A DNA stretch of 64,000 nt, from assembly GCF_964355755.1 (NCBI RefSeq), contig NC_092680.1, positions 9,982,001-10,046,000 of the forward strand, written 5' to 3'. A program made the translations under genes and the position numbers. Numbering within the stretch: the first letter of the stretch is position 1; the number at the start of each line of letters is the position of its first letter. Positions 50,660-64,000 of the stretch are shown here, in pieces. The stretch comes from Antedon mediterranea. Lineage: Eukaryota; Animalia; Echinodermata. The notes beneath the pieces were generated by a model that searched no databases, had not been told where the DNA came from, and saw nothing but the letters and a program-made list of their open reading frames with translations.

Positions 50660-51475
50660 GATCATCATCATCATCATCATCAGATATGCAGATGACACAG
50701 TTCTACTGGCAGAGTCAGCTGAAGATCTCCAAAGGTTGCTGGATGTGGTTGTAGTAGAGAGCGAAAAGATGGGTCTGTCTATAAATTGTAGTAAGACAGA
50801 GTGTTTAGTAGTGTCAAAAAAGGAGAGTCCAACGTGTAACCTTCAAGCAGGAGACCAGTTAATTCAGCAGGTGTCCTCTTTTAACTATCTTGGGAGCAAA
50901 ATAACAGATGATGCCAGGTGTGTAACGGAGATAAAGAGAAGGATAGTCCTTGCGAAATCCGCATTTGGAGAAATGGAGAATATCTTGAAGAACTGTGCGA
51001 TGAGTATGGAAACCAGGTTGCGTGTATTAAACTGCTACATCTATCCTGTGCTGATGTATGGAAGTGAAGCCTGGTCAATCACAACTGACCTCAGAAAAAG
51101 ATTGGAAAGCTGTGAGATGTGGTTTCTAAGGAGAATGATGAGAATTCCATGGACAGATAGAGTTAGTAATGAAGATGTATTGATAAGAGCTGGAGTATGC
51201 AGGAAACTACTGAAGGGTATTAGGATTAGACAGATGAGATTCATGGGACATGTGTTGAGGAAGGGAGGTCTGGAGAACTTGGCATTAACGGGGAAAATAG
51301 AAGGAAGAAGGAGCAGGGGGAGGAAAAGAGTCACTTGGTTGGCCAGCATAGCTGAATGGATTCGGAATAGAGGCGAGAATACCAAAGAAGTGGAGTTGCT
51401 GAATATGGCAATAGACAGAGAATTGTGGCACAACATGATCGCCAAAGTCTCATGATATGGCACTTCGAGAGAGAG
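50660..51475 (+). mobile_element. 5'-truncated RTE-clade LINE with intact RT C-terminal frame
   Basis: IRYADDTVLLAES...FNYLGS...YPVLMYGSEAW...EMWFLRRMMRIPWTDRVSNEDVL...GKIEGRRSRGR; (GA)n tail; 13-bp TSD AAGTGTCTATTCA at 50647-50659 and 51476-51488. Confidence 0.93.
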
Positions 51476-52659
51476 AAGTGTCTATTCAATCACCTTATGA
51501 AAAAAAAATCCTTTGTGATTAAGGGTCAAATGTCAATATTGACCAATCATAGAACGTACCTATAAAACCAAATAAAAACTAGTATTTAATTAATAAAAAT
51601 TGGATGTTTTCTCATCCTGTTAATCAATCATACGCAATGTAAAAGAGCGAATACATCATTTCATCAGTTGACATAAGGTCAATTTCATCAGTTGACATAA
51701 GGTTAAAGGTCAACATTTTAATACGCGTATTAGTTAACAAATAAATGCAAAGTTGTCCAAACTATGATATTGATGGTTTTACAAGTAATCAAATTATTTG
51801 ATTAGTAAAGTTATGTTATTTCATTATAATACTGTATTTAATCAAATCAGACTTCGATCAGGATAGGAAGCGAATAGGAAGAGATAAGGGTTCAAAGTTC
51901 AAAATTGACCAATTATAACAATGTATTATATACATATGTATTATAACCAATTTATTAAAGTTCAATTTGGTATTTTAATACATTTGTATGGTTATATGTA
52001 TTGTATGGTGTTATTCAGTCGCCTTATAAAACAAATACTTTGCAATTAAAGGTCAAATGTCAATATTGACCAATCACACAATTGCATTTAAAACCAAATA
52101 AAAACTAACATTTAAGACAAAATGTTATGTTTTATCATTCTGTTAAGACATCTATCAATCATACACAATCAAAAGAGTACATTTTTCATTACACAAGTTG
52201 ACATGGGTCAAAGGTCAACATTTGAATAAATGATATACTAAATAATGCAAAGTTATTCAAACTATGAGATCAATGTTCATAAATGTAATCACGTTATTTG
52301 ATCAGTGAAGTTGTGGTATTTTTATATTTTTTATAGTGCGCATTATTTTAAATGTATTAATATAATACTTTAAAATAAATAATAAAATTAATATTATGAC
52401 GATTAAAATGTTATGATGTTAAAATGTTGCGCTGACCTTCAATGATTTGCCACTATACAGTTGCATTTATTAGGGCTACAATATTCGTTTTTGGAAAATA
52501 AACTACTATTCATCAGAACCAGAGAATACCAATTCGTACAGGATAGGGCATAGGCAGATCCAGGTGGCCAAACTCAATCCACAACTCACTACACAGACAG
52601 ACCACAATTTTTATTGGCCCATACAGGAAAGCGTTTCCTGTATACAAAGGATTCTAAAA

Positions 52660-53290
52660 TAACCTATATGGATTTGCCCGAATGAACCCTCTAAGGACCC
52701 TTTTGGGATCTCTATGTGGTGTGCTACATAAGGCCCTGTATTAGAAATTAGTATGGGGTAAATAGTTCATAGATGAACTTTGGAATAAAACTAAATGTGC
52801 ACCCTCAATCTTTAAATAACATTTATGGATTTGCCCAAATGAACCCAAGGGCCGGTCGTTCTCCATGGATGGACATTAAGCCCCATAATGGAAATATAAG
52901 GGGTGACACTGTGAGTTCATACAGATAGGCGCGGCCCATGAATTAAGCTGCCTGTGCACTCTCGACCCTTAAGAAAAATGTATAGATTTGCCCAAATTAA
53001 ACCAAGGGCCGGTCCTCCATGGACATTAAGCCCCATAATGGAAATATAATGGGTGACACTGTGGGTTTATATAGACAGGCAGAACCATTGAATAAAGCTG
53101 CCTGTGCACTCTCGATCCTTAAGGAACACTTATGGATTTGCCCAAATTAACCCAAGGGCTGGTCCTCCATGGATGGACATTAAGCCCCATAATGGAAATA
53201 TAATGGGTGACACTGTGGGTTTATATAGACAGGCACATGGAATAAAGCTGCCTGTGCACTCTCGATCCTTAAGGAACACATGGATTTACT
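52660..53290 (+). repeat. ~155-bp tandem repeat (~4 copies)
   Basis: TATGGATTTGCCCAAAT...CCATGGACATTAAGCCCCATAATGGAAATATA repeated. Confidence 0.85.
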
Positions 53291-54850
53291 GTATAGTAAT
53301 AGTATTATTCCCCTTCCACACCTCTTTGAATTAAATCCGCCCTGATAGGCTCTTATGTACAGGATTTCAATCACACTTGTATTTTTCAAACATTAGATTG
53401 AATAAAAATATCTATTATAAACAATTTGCCGTTAGAAATCTCTATGCCATGTCGTTATTTAGATGAGAAAAACAGGTCAAAGGTTAAAATTACAGAAAAA
53501 TAGGTGTTTCAGTCACTTTTTGAAAAAAATGTTGCATTATGGCAAGTATAAACATATATATTGTGAACAATTTGACACCAAAATTGGCTCCTTACGACAA
53601 ATATTTATTAATTTATGTTTTTATAACCTTATTCAATTATGTCAAAGGTTAATAACCACACTTCCGGTCATTTTCAAGCAATATCATCTGTTATACTGAA
53701 TATAAATGTATATCTTGGGAACAATTTGCTCCTATTTTTAATTCTCTCCGACCTGCCGTTACTTAGATATAACAAAAAGAGGTCAAAGGTCAACATTGCT
53801 AACAATGGGGTTTTCGGTCAATTTTTCAAAGAAAGTTCTGTTAGAGCTAATATAAACATATACATTGTGAACAATTTGACACCAAAATTATCTCACTACG
53901 TCCAGAATTTCCAGAGATATAGCATGTTTTTATATTGGTCAATTTTGAACTTTGACCCCTTATATCTCGAAAACGCTTCCTATCCTGATCGATTACCTTC
54001 CATATTCGTAATCTACGGAAAATTCTGGTCTAGAAAAGTTGGATGGCAATTTGTCCCCTTTCGGGTGATGATATCCCCCCTCCTGCCACCGGACTAGTAG
54101 GTTGAAATCTCCAAGATGAGAAATTCGCTGTTATAACGAAGTTTCCACAGACGACGTAAAACGACGGAAGACATTATATTATCTCCGGTGCACATGCGCA
54201 AGAGAGCACGCCACTCATCTTAATGACATGAATTTACAAGGCAGTATCTCCGGATATTAATAGATATTGGTACCATAAAAAAATTCCCAGCGATAATGCT
54301 GAACTGACGGAAAAAGTATTGTGAACAGATCAAGAGAGAAATAGCGGCGATTAAGCAAGCTTTTGTATTTTGTTGTAACCTTCGGCTTGCTTAGATGATT
54401 ACACACAAGCAAACACGTTTTTGAAATTATAAAATCAATTTTTGGGATTTAACATTTAATCAAATATAGATCAAATTTCAAGCTAACTTGTGTTTTATTC
54501 TTTATTTATTCTGATATAAAATCAATAGGATAAAAACACAAAAAAAGTACCGAGACGGCAAACTTATACTACGCTGGTAACGTAAATGAGGAAAATTTAA
54601 CATCAATAACCAATGGCCATCAATGATCAATATACAGTATAACGTGTGATGGTGTTTTATGACAATTTAAAAAATTTAAATACATTATTGAAAAAAGTGT
54701 GTAAGTTAAATAAAATGAGATTGAAATTACACAAAATGATATGCCTATGACAACAACATAGAGATTAACACAAAATGTTGACCATCAGGAGGTCTCAGAA
54801 CAGTACACGTCTTAATATTAAAATATCTCATAAACTTTTTCAGTTATTAA

Positions 54851-56435
54851 AGGGGGATTCTGGGTTTAAAATTGCTTTTAAATATCGTTTATTTATTAAA
54901 AAAAAAATATTATAACAATATAGACATGTCAGAATGAAGAAGTAATAACGAGAAATTAAAAAAATTAAATTTCATATACATTTTAGGGTAAATTCATGGA
55001 AAGTCTGTTTTTCAGCAGCTTAGGGAAGCTCATTAATATTCATGAGATATTCACAAAATCACGTCATCAGTGGATTCCAAACTCGCGACGTCAAGCTTGT
55101 ACGTTGTGTTCTCTCTCCTCTGTCAAACGACGACCACCCGATCATTGTGAAATACATTTTTTGTAGATTTGCTAAGAAGCTAGGCCTAAAGTGTAATAAT
55201 AACAGTAGCATATATTTATTTGACATTTAATGAAATACAAAATTTAGTACAGATTACGGAGTCATAAATTATACTATTTTTATACCTCGAATTAATAGTA
55301 ACAGATCGTATATCGGCTTCACGTACTAGGCTAGGCCTAGACTAAATCATTTTATTCATGCCGGGGTGAGAGCCATTTCTGACTAGGGATTCCATGCCAC
55401 GATGGCCATCATTCATGGGCCTAGCTAGCCTATTACTAAACGATTGGCCCATAAATAACAAAACTCAGTGGATTCCAAACCCATCCTATCAACCAAACTC
55501 CTAAACAATCTAAACCTAAAACGTTCTACAAAAATCGGCTGTAAATATTGAGGCAAAACAAGGTCCGATCGCCGTCCGCACGTATGGTCTAATAAGTAGG
55601 CCTAGTTTACTCTCCAAAAAATCGTATATTGCATCAAGCAAGTAGACCGGTAGTAGGAAGGAGACCTAGCCTAGCCTAGCCGATCCGGCCCAGTTAAAAA
55701 TTGAGCTAGCTAGTGTAGTAGACCCTATGCGAATTGATACTACCAGGCCTTTTACTATAGGCTACACTTGTTAAAATTAGCAATACTGTACTTATGTTTA
55801 CAAATATTCCAACTCTCTCATTCGAGCTATATTATCTATACCATTCCGGTAGGTTAAGTCGACCTTCAATCAAATACTGTACATCGTTCATGTTGTGATA
55901 TAGACGGGGTATACTCGACCCGACCAGTTTGGTATTGTATACTGTATCTGCTTATCACGTGACGATGCCAGGCATGGGCAGAGAGAGCACGTGTATCGTC
56001 GTCTCGCTCTCCTCGCTCAGCAGGAATGTATACGTTACGCTTCATTGATTTTGAAGGCTTTCCCTAAGTCAGTGCGAAAATCGGCAAACGTAAAGTGCAA
56101 ACTTATCTAATTTTTCACTGTTTTGATGGATTTTCATAGAAAATTGATTTTATAAATGGGAAGACCGACTAAAATTACATCAGATAAGTATAATTTTACA
56201 AAAGTAATTGATATGGTTATTGATAACGAGTCGTCGGAAGATTGACCATTTCACGAATTTCGTATTCTGTAACCACAGTGTGATTTTGCCGTAGCTGCAC
56301 TTGTAATCTGGCCTCATTTCACAGCCTTCGTTCTGCTTCACTGGGCGCTTATATAAATTGAAACTTTTACCGTTCAAGAGACAAACAAATATATTTTACA
56401 TTTTTTACTATTCATTTTAAACCCGGAACCCCCCT
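54851..56435. mobile_element. Kolobok-type non-autonomous element
   Basis: TTAA|AGGGGGATTCTGGGTTTAAAAT ... ATTTTAAACCCGGAACCCCCCT|TTAA. Confidence 0.8.
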
Positions 56436-58484
56436 TTAATGGCAATTTACTCTGCCAAAGTCCTTCGATAAAATAAGTCTAATCAGTGAGGTGTCTTGAA
56501 TGCGATACAGTAAGTTAACCTTCCTACTGTTGTATCCATCAAACTTCAACAATTTGTCCCTTTCTTTTAGGATCCCATAGACAGTTTATTACTAGACTTT
56601 TACCAATGCCTCAAACATTTTCTGTCCAAAGTCATCGTGCTGTATTTCACAGTAATTTTTTTTTCATCCGCGAAACGTTTTTTTTTTCGTACACAAAAAT
56701 GTTTAACGATTGTTTAATACTGTAGTGCGTACTATTGCACGCCATGTGACCCACAATCGTGCAATCAAATGACAGACATTTATTTAGTGTTATATAAAAA
56801 AAAATATTTGTAAATAATCAGATTGTATATAATCACTAACTGTGACAATATAACGTTATTTTTTAAATTATTAAAAAATGTATACACAGTATAAAAGCCG
56901 AAACTGACAATTATATTTGTGTTTTAAGTAATGCAATTATAATTATAAAATACTATTACTAAAACAATTGATTTTTTTATTTTAATATATTTACAGTTAT
57001 TACACATCTTACTTACAAACCACTGACACAAGACACATTGGAATGTTTAATATTATTAGTTATATTAGGCTAATATTATTTAGCAAAATTAGTTTTAATA
57101 TTGCTTCACCCTATGAGGTTTAACTTTAACCATGATGTTAACAGAAAATTTCTGTAAATGTAAAATAAAACTTATCTAAACATTAGAACTGAAGACAGTA
57201 AGTATGATATAACCCAATTGATTTTCGATAAAACAACAATCATCCCAGGCCAATAAATATATCAATTTCTCTAACTTTTGGTTCCCAATAGGATGTAAGC
57301 GCAACACCTATTTTTCACAAGCAACAGTTTGAATAATCCATCACGTGTGATTGATCAATTTACTATGTGCTAAGTCCTTGCATTGCGTCCTAGTGGGAAC
57401 CAAGGTTTAATAAAAATAATGTGTTAAAATAAATACAATTCACTTAATTGAATACAAAATTATTTTACTTAAAATATTGGAAAAGGTATGTATACAAATT
57501 GTTGATTATTCAAAAGATTATTGAAAGCTAAACTCAATGGTTTGAAATACTTCCAACATTGATCCAAATAACATTGCCATTTTATTTTATAAAATTTATA
57601 AATACAAAATATAAACGATAAAATATTGGAAGACATCTGAAATTGATAAGACCATTTAAATTCTAAAATTCCTGCTATAACTTTATCAATGTAAAATTTG
57701 TTCCTGTTGTATAAAATTTGAAAGAATTAGATAGGCACTATCTTCTTTCTTTTGAATATAAAATGTCCTGAACCACACTTGCAATAACTATTATCATGAC
57801 AGAGCAGCATATTTGACATTGTGAATGTATCAATTCCAGTACTTAAAACAGTTCCTATAACAAAGTACATTCACTTTATGAAGTAGGAGGCCAGGGGCCA
57901 CAACAATATAAATAGGATTCAGTATATCTTTACAATCTTTTAAACCAGAGTACACTTTGTTAGCATTCCTCAAATACTCGCTACTTATTTAACTGCTAAA
58001 CAATGTTACATAGCAGTTGGAATACTTAATTTTCATGTCCTGCCTGAATTAAGAGAAACTACAGTAACACATACATTGCTACTATTGCTTTTTGTCAAAC
58101 TAACACAAATTAATCACTTTGGAGTCTGGATTGTCATTTCTAGTGACCAATTTCCAATCTATTTTAGTTTGTTTAAAAATATTTTTTTACATCTAACATG
58201 TTTATTTTTGACAAATCGCTTCGTGTTAAGTAGGGTAGGTACCCTAAACTATAATACAGTACAGCTATTGTGGATCTACCCACAAATTCTGACCAATAAG
58301 CTTTAACTATAAAAATTACTGTTTTAAGTTCACTGTAAAACGCAACATGTAATCTCTTAGTCAGAGTACCCAACTATTCGTAAAACTAATACAGTACTGA
58401 TATTGTGGAACTCGCCCCCTGACTGTAGGATACAGTATTGCTATCTTCTTTTATCATCTATATATTTTTTATTTTCATGAATGG

Positions 58485-60288
58485 TCACCAACTAAATTTA
58501 AATTTTAGATATTTTATCATAAAAGTTGGAAGTGGTAGGCGATGAAGTTCAGTCTTGCTGACCACAACTGCTCTGATAACAAATCTACACAGCTCCTGCA
58601 AACTTCTTGGGTTTCCTATTAAAAAAAAGTTTGTTACAATGATTGTACAACTGAATGTAGGCCTAATGTATTGAATAAAAAGATAAATTAATAATATTTC
58701 ATTTATTGTTTGTGAGTTATGAAAGCATTGAATTTTTATAAAATTTGGATAATTAAATTAAATTCAAAATATTTTAAATATGGGGGATAAATTAATACTG
58801 TACCTGCTAATTGTGATATTATTGGCAGGCAGGATCTATTACAAACTTGACCATCAATAAGAACTTGTAACTTTGCAATGTCTAATGGAGTTTCATTATC
58901 ATCATTCAGTACATGACAAAGAGCACCAAATCTATAAAGTATTTTACACATCTCAACATCATCTCTTAGTACAGCTAGGTGTAATGGAGTTTGACTGTCT
59001 TCCTCCCGGGCTAGAGTAGCATCAGCTCCTTCATGTAATAGTAGTTCAACTTCTTTGTGATAATCCTTTATAACTGCATATCGCAAGGGGAAACCATTCT
59101 GGATGTTAATTTTAGCTTTTGCTCCTATTAACAACCGAACACAATTTAACTTTTGTTTTATTACAGCCAGTTGCAGAGGCGTAGTTCCCTTCGAGCTCAA
59201 CATGTCTACCGACGCTCTGAAATGTAGAAGTGTCCTAACAAACGAATCGCGACCATAGTGTGCCGACACATGCAAGGGGGTCCAACCATCTACGCTTTGA
59301 GTATCAATGAATTTGAATTTATCTTTGGTAACTTCTAATAGGATGCGAGCTAGTCGTGTACGGCCATGCATCGCAGCATAATGTAAACATGTAAATCCTC
59401 CAATACGATCTACAATTTCAGGATTTCCTATGAAACAAAATAAATCATCAATATTTAATATTGAACTTAAATCGGAATGCATATTTCCCATCCACGATAC
59501 CTGTGGTTGGATTGATCCAACTTGATTAACATTGCAATTTTGTTTAGTCAATGATTGTGCTTAAATATAAACACATAGGTCTACTATAAACTTGGTTCCC
59601 ACTTGGATGCAAAAACATAAGCACAATACAACGTAGGCACGACAATCCATTGCGTCGTGATTGGTCAAATTACTAGTGACACACTGACGTCCTTACGTGT
59701 TGTGATTAAGAGGGAACCAAGCTTTAATAGCAAGTGATATACCTCCATATTGTAAAAGAATTCGTAAAACGCGGTCAGTGCCTCTTGATGCTGCCAAGTG
59801 TAACAACGTCCAGCCATTTGAGTCAACAGTGTTTGGAGATGCACCCTCTAACAACAATTTCTGCACCTAATTAATAAATAATTATTATTAAAATAATGTT
59901 ACAATTTATAAATAAGGGTGTCAATTGTAACATAGTTCAATAACCTGGTTATTAATAATAATAGTAAGAATTTGTAACGCGCCAATTCCAGCAGTAAGTG
60001 ATCAAAGGCGCAGTGTATTATTCAGCACTTGTTAATTTAGTATAGTTAGTTTTGACTTAATATTAGTAAAAAAGATAAATACTTTGGCATATATGGCATT
60101 CAGACAAAAATCAAAACGGGGCTTAATTATGCCAGTTGCACAAGACTTGTATGGCATGCATTTTAACTGAAAACTTTCTAAACCTTATTCAAATTGCCTG
60201 TGGCTACTGCTTTTCTGATTTCTCTGTCATTGCTGTTCTGTATTGCTAGTTGGATTGCGTGACTTCTTGTGCACATTCTTCTTTCCAT
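58485..60288 (-). CDS. ASB7: Ankyrin repeat and SOCS box protein 7 ortholog; coding exons 60288-60184, 59866-59743, 59427-58804, 58615-58485 (327 aa)
   Basis: GT/AG exons in compatible phases; NGWTLLHLAASRG, IGGFTCLHYAAMHGR, DGWTPLHVSAHYGRDSFVR, KGTTPLQLA, IQNGFPLRYAVIK, QTPLHLAVLRDD match the vertebrate ASB7 sequence as I recall it; last exon NPRSLQELCRFVIR...LPLPTFMIKYL is a SOCS box. Confidence 0.93.
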
Positions 60289-60687
60289 CTTGTTCTTGGA
60301 TAGATACAACCTTTCTTAGTTTACACTCTCGTCAATCTGAAACAAAATTAAATGTTAGCACTGTTAGTACTATTCTCAGCATTGACTATTCTGAGCATCA
60401 ATAGCAGAGGTCACAAAAAAAAAAAATATACGGTATATATATATATAATATATAATCATCAGAGAATTTATGAAAGCGTAGCAAAGTAGGAGAGAACGCT
60501 GCTATAAAATTGGAAAAAATACATTAAACTACAGTAGCACCATACCATTGTATAGAAAAAAGCTTAAAAAGTCGATTAGAGCCATGAGCCGATATTCGGC
60601 ATGTCAAAATTAGTGGCGTATCCAGGGTTTTTGAAATATAAATAAGGAAGGGGTGGTAGTGAACCAGAATTATTAATAAAATTGGAT

Positions 60688-60751
60688 GTGGTCAACGTAT
60701 GTAGTGGTCAACGTATGTAGTGGTCAACGTATGTAGTGGTCAACGTATGTA
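60688..60751 (+). repeat. 16-bp tandem repeat x4
   Basis: GTGGTCAACGTATGTA repeated. Confidence 0.9.
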
Positions 60752-61147
60752 CAGTCAGTAGTAGCCTTTTACCGGTCCGATTTTTTCTCTGTGACTGTGA
60801 GGTTAGGTCCTATAGTGCTAGCTAGCTATTATAGTCTGAATAGAAGTGGGAAAATTCTCTTTTCCTGGCTGTTGGTGGTTGGTGCCGAATGAGCGAGAGT
60901 GGTGGTGTTGGGTGGGGTGGATGCGATGCCATGATGATGGGAGTAGCAGGCAGGGCCAGCCAGGGGGAGTACAACTCCCTGGGCGTAGCCTCCTATCCTA
61001 GCTAAAAGATAGGCCTAGTAGTAACAAATTAATCGGTTAAAAACAAGTTACCGGCGTACCAGTGCCAAGAGTATGGCATTAATTACAGAAATCACCAGGC
61101 TAGGCCTACATTAACACCACAAGTTACACGACACACCACCACTCAAC

Positions 61148-61300
61148 CTCTCCTCATCCACTCTCTCCTGGCGATCTGCTGAGGAGGAGATCTGAATACA
61201 AATGAGTGATTTTTGCATTAGAAATTTGTAACAGAGAGTTATGCCCGCCCTCATAAGGGCGGATGTATACACACAGAGAGACGTGACTAACTATTTTGTC
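61148..61300 (-). promoter_or_regulatory. Possible non-coding first exon/promoter of ASB7
   Basis: ATG exon begins with an acceptor at 60336; candidate donor GAG|gttgag near 61147; GC-richer region with GGGCGG boxes at ~61243-61263. Confidence 0.35.
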
Positions 61301-61364
61301 ACACATTAGAGATGTATTGTACGGAGCCCGTAAAGGGATATTAGTTGTAAAAATATATATATTA

Positions 61365-61558
61365 TTTTGAGGGAACGAAATAATATTTCGGGGGAACGAA
61401 TTCGAGAGAACGAAATCATTTCGTTCCCTCGACAATATTATTTTATTCCCTCGAAATATCATTTCATTCCCTTGAAATGTTATTTCGTTCCCTCGAAATC
61501 ATTCCCTCGAAATATTATTTCGGTCCCTCGAAATATCATATCGTTCCCTCGATATTAT
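61365..61558. repeat. Short array of TTCCCTCGAAAT motifs in both orientations (MITE remnant)
   Basis: GAGGGAACGAAAT / ATTTCGTTCCCTCG repeated. Confidence 0.6.
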
Positions 61559-61949
61559 AAAATTAATGCTATGTTTGTATTTTCAGATACGAATGAATAT
61601 CAGCTTTCGAAAATAATCAATTATGCAAGTAATCGAATTACAAATAATGCATTAATACATACTGTATTTACAGTATTTTAATTTAAACTTAGATAATCAA
61701 CTCAATTATTATTGATACAATTTTACCCAACAGCACCATACTGCTGTATAACCTATTTCATGTGATATAATGTGTATATATGTATATATAAGAGAAAAGT
61801 TGCTATTTTCAAATGTTGTTTTTCAAAGTTACTCACTTCTTAATGTTGATAGTTAATAGACTTGCGAGTTATGTTATGTACTGTAATTCAAGCTCTAAGC
61901 TTTTAGTTTTTTATTATTCAAATCTAACTATTTTTATTTGTTTGTTAAT

Positions 61950-64000
61950 AATATGGAAGCACAAAACCAAAATAATAACCATGACCGACCCTCTAATTTA
62001 GTTTTTAACCCCTCTACACACAGTAGACAATTCGACGATATAGACCCAGATAATTTTTTTAATGACATAAATATCTCAAATTATTACCTGCCAAATGATT
62101 TTAACACTCAGTTTATTGACAAAACCCAATTTAACTTTTCTTGTGTCCATTTTAATGCCAGAAGCCTGCAAACAAATTTGATTCTATCTATGATTGCATT
62201 CAATCTTTAAACTTTAATTTCAATATTATTTCAATTACAGAAACATGGATGGATCACCCAAGCCCACTTATTCAGATACCCAACTATACATTTCTTTGCA
62301 ATCCTCGTTCATATAAATGTGGAGGAACTGGAATTTTTTTAAATGATAATACACGCTATTCAACCAGAGATGATTTAACTTCTACTCAATACTTCTGTGA
62401 AAATCACAATTTATTGAAGTGCATACAGACAAAGAATCTATTCTAATAGGTACTATATAATAGACCTCACGAAATTAATATGCCTTTTTTTACAGAACAA
62501 CTTGAACTTCTTTTAAAACAAATATCTAGAGAGAAAAAAAAGGTATTTCTTTTAGGTGATTTTAATGTCGATATTTTAAAATTTGATTCAAATAATAATG
62601 TAAATGATTTTGTCCATTGTCTATTTAACAATTCTTTTTATCCTCTTATCCACAGACCCACAAGAATAACTCCCAGTTCTGCCACTCTTCTTGATAACAT
62701 TTTCTCAAACAGTCTAGACTCTTCAATGAGCGGCATTGTCATTAGTGACGCAACTGATCACCTTCCCGTTTTCACTGTGAACATTACTAATTCAAGTAAG
62801 TCTACAGACAAAGTGAAGCGTAAATTTAGAAAATTTAATGAAAACAATATTCATCACTTTCGAAATGATCTGTCAATAACATCGTGGATTGATGTCTTAG
62901 ATAAATTAGACCCTGACGAAGCGTATGATACCTTTTTCGTAAAGTACAAAGCCCTATATGATAGGAACTTCCCTTTGTTAGATCCACCTAAAACTAAAAA
63001 GAAATTAAAACCTTGGATGACCAACGGGCTTTTAACCTCCATCTCATACAAACAAAAACTTTATCTCAAGAGCATTCGGCACCCTTCCAACGCTAATATA
63101 TTGAAATACAAAAAGTATCGTAATAAGTTAAATAATCTTCTAAAAAGTGTTAAAGTGGATTATTATAAAAACTTTTTTAATGAAAACAAATCCAATATTA
63201 AAGCTACTTGGCGTACTATAAACTCTATACTTAAACCATCAAAAAACACAATTCCTAACATTGAGATAATGAGTAATGGAAATCTAACAAAAGACCCGAA
63301 AATGGTGTCCAACTTATTAAATAACCATTTTACCAATATAGGGCCTGAATTAGCAAAAGAAATCGACACTAGTTCTATCAAAAGTTTCCGTCACTATCTT
63401 AGTCCTCCTACTCCAAATTCCATTTTTTTATCTCCAGTTTCGGAACATGAGGTTTTTAAAATTGTCAACTCTTTCAAAAACAACAAGGCTGCTGGAATTG
63501 ATGATATATGTGGCAATGTTGTTAAAAAATCAATAGACCTTATTCTTTCTCCACTTACTCATATTTGCAACTTATCTTTATCCACAGGATCCTTCCCTAA
63601 AAGCATGAAAACAGCAAAGGTCACTCCTATATACAAAAAAGGTAACAAATCCGATCCCAACAATTATCGACCAATTTCTGTTCTTACTTTCTTTTCAAAG
63701 ATTCTTGAAAAACTTATCTATGACCGTACGTATGATTTCATTAACCAAAACAACATTCTCTACAATAAACAATACGGTTTCAGACAAAATTATTCCACTT
63801 CTTTTGCTTTAATTGATCTTACCAACAACATTGTGGATGCTATTCATAATAAGTTGTTTTCGTCTGGCCTATTCATAGATCTTTCTAAGGCATTCGATAC
63901 CATTGATCACACTATTTTACTTTCAAAACTCTTTAACTATGGTATCCGTGGCATTACTCTTGACCTTTTTAAAGATTATCTGTCCAATCGACTTCAATGC
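61950..64000 (+). mobile_element. CR1/L2-group LINE ORF2 (APE endonuclease + RT), running off the window
   Basis: DIDPDNFF..HFNARSL, ITETW, GGTGIF, YRP, LGDFNVD, PTR, LLDNIF, TDHLPVF, KPWMT, KTAKVTPIYKKG..NNYRPISVL, QYGFR, FIDLSKAFDTIDH; frameshifts in the APE part, frame apparently open from ~62460 to the edge. Confidence 0.92.

Larger units (their letters stand above)
50405..54096. mobile_element. Academ-type non-autonomous DNA transposon
   Basis: TAGTCCGGTGGCAGGAGGGGG... / ...CCCCCTCCTGCCACCGGACTA, ~165-bp TIRs, 3-bp TSD GTA; TAG...CTA termini; internal duplication (50510-51840 vs 51858-52330). Confidence 0.8.

Noticed and set aside
51041-51463. 140-aa minus-strand ORF
   Set aside because: Antisense shadow of the RTE reverse transcriptase frame
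53463-54097. 152-aa and 78-aa ORFs at the end of the Academ-type element
   Set aside because: They run through the TIR and sub-terminal repeats; no transposase motifs
58736-59551. 271-aa ORF as a single-exon ankyrin gene
   Set aside because: Both ends are intron read-through; the real exon is 59427-58804 of the spliced ASB7

Overview
AT-rich eukaryotic (metazoan) genomic DNA, probably a marine invertebrate; the frequent TAGGCCTA words and the repeat types suggest an echinoderm, but that is inference. Two spliced protein-coding genes can be rebuilt by hand, both on the minus strand. (1) A divergent semaphorin: signal peptide plus Sema domain, 8 coding exons between 24930 and 2332, continuing past the left edge, with a candidate non-coding first exon and promoter near 31.3-31.5 kb. 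(2) A complete ASB7 ortholog (ankyrin repeats + SOCS box; 4 coding exons, 60288-58485, 327 aa). Most of the rest is mobile DNA: CR1/L2-group, Tx1/L1 and RTE LINE pieces, Penelope-like elements (PLEs), Helitron and Helentron-type non-autonomous elements, Academ-, Kolobok-, CACTA- and Harbinger-type TIR elements (often nested), and minisatellite-bearing solo-LTR-like units. The most striking feature is a ~2-kb stack at 32.2-34.3 kb of four unrelated modules inserted into one (TA)n microsatellite, each carrying its own hammerhead ribozyme motif, just upstream of the candidate semaphorin promoter. Also notable: a U3:A8 variant hammerhead at the window start, a tRNA-like Pol III cassette between direct repeats, and inverted repeat pairs bracketing semaphorin exons. 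All calls are by eye; no searches were run.
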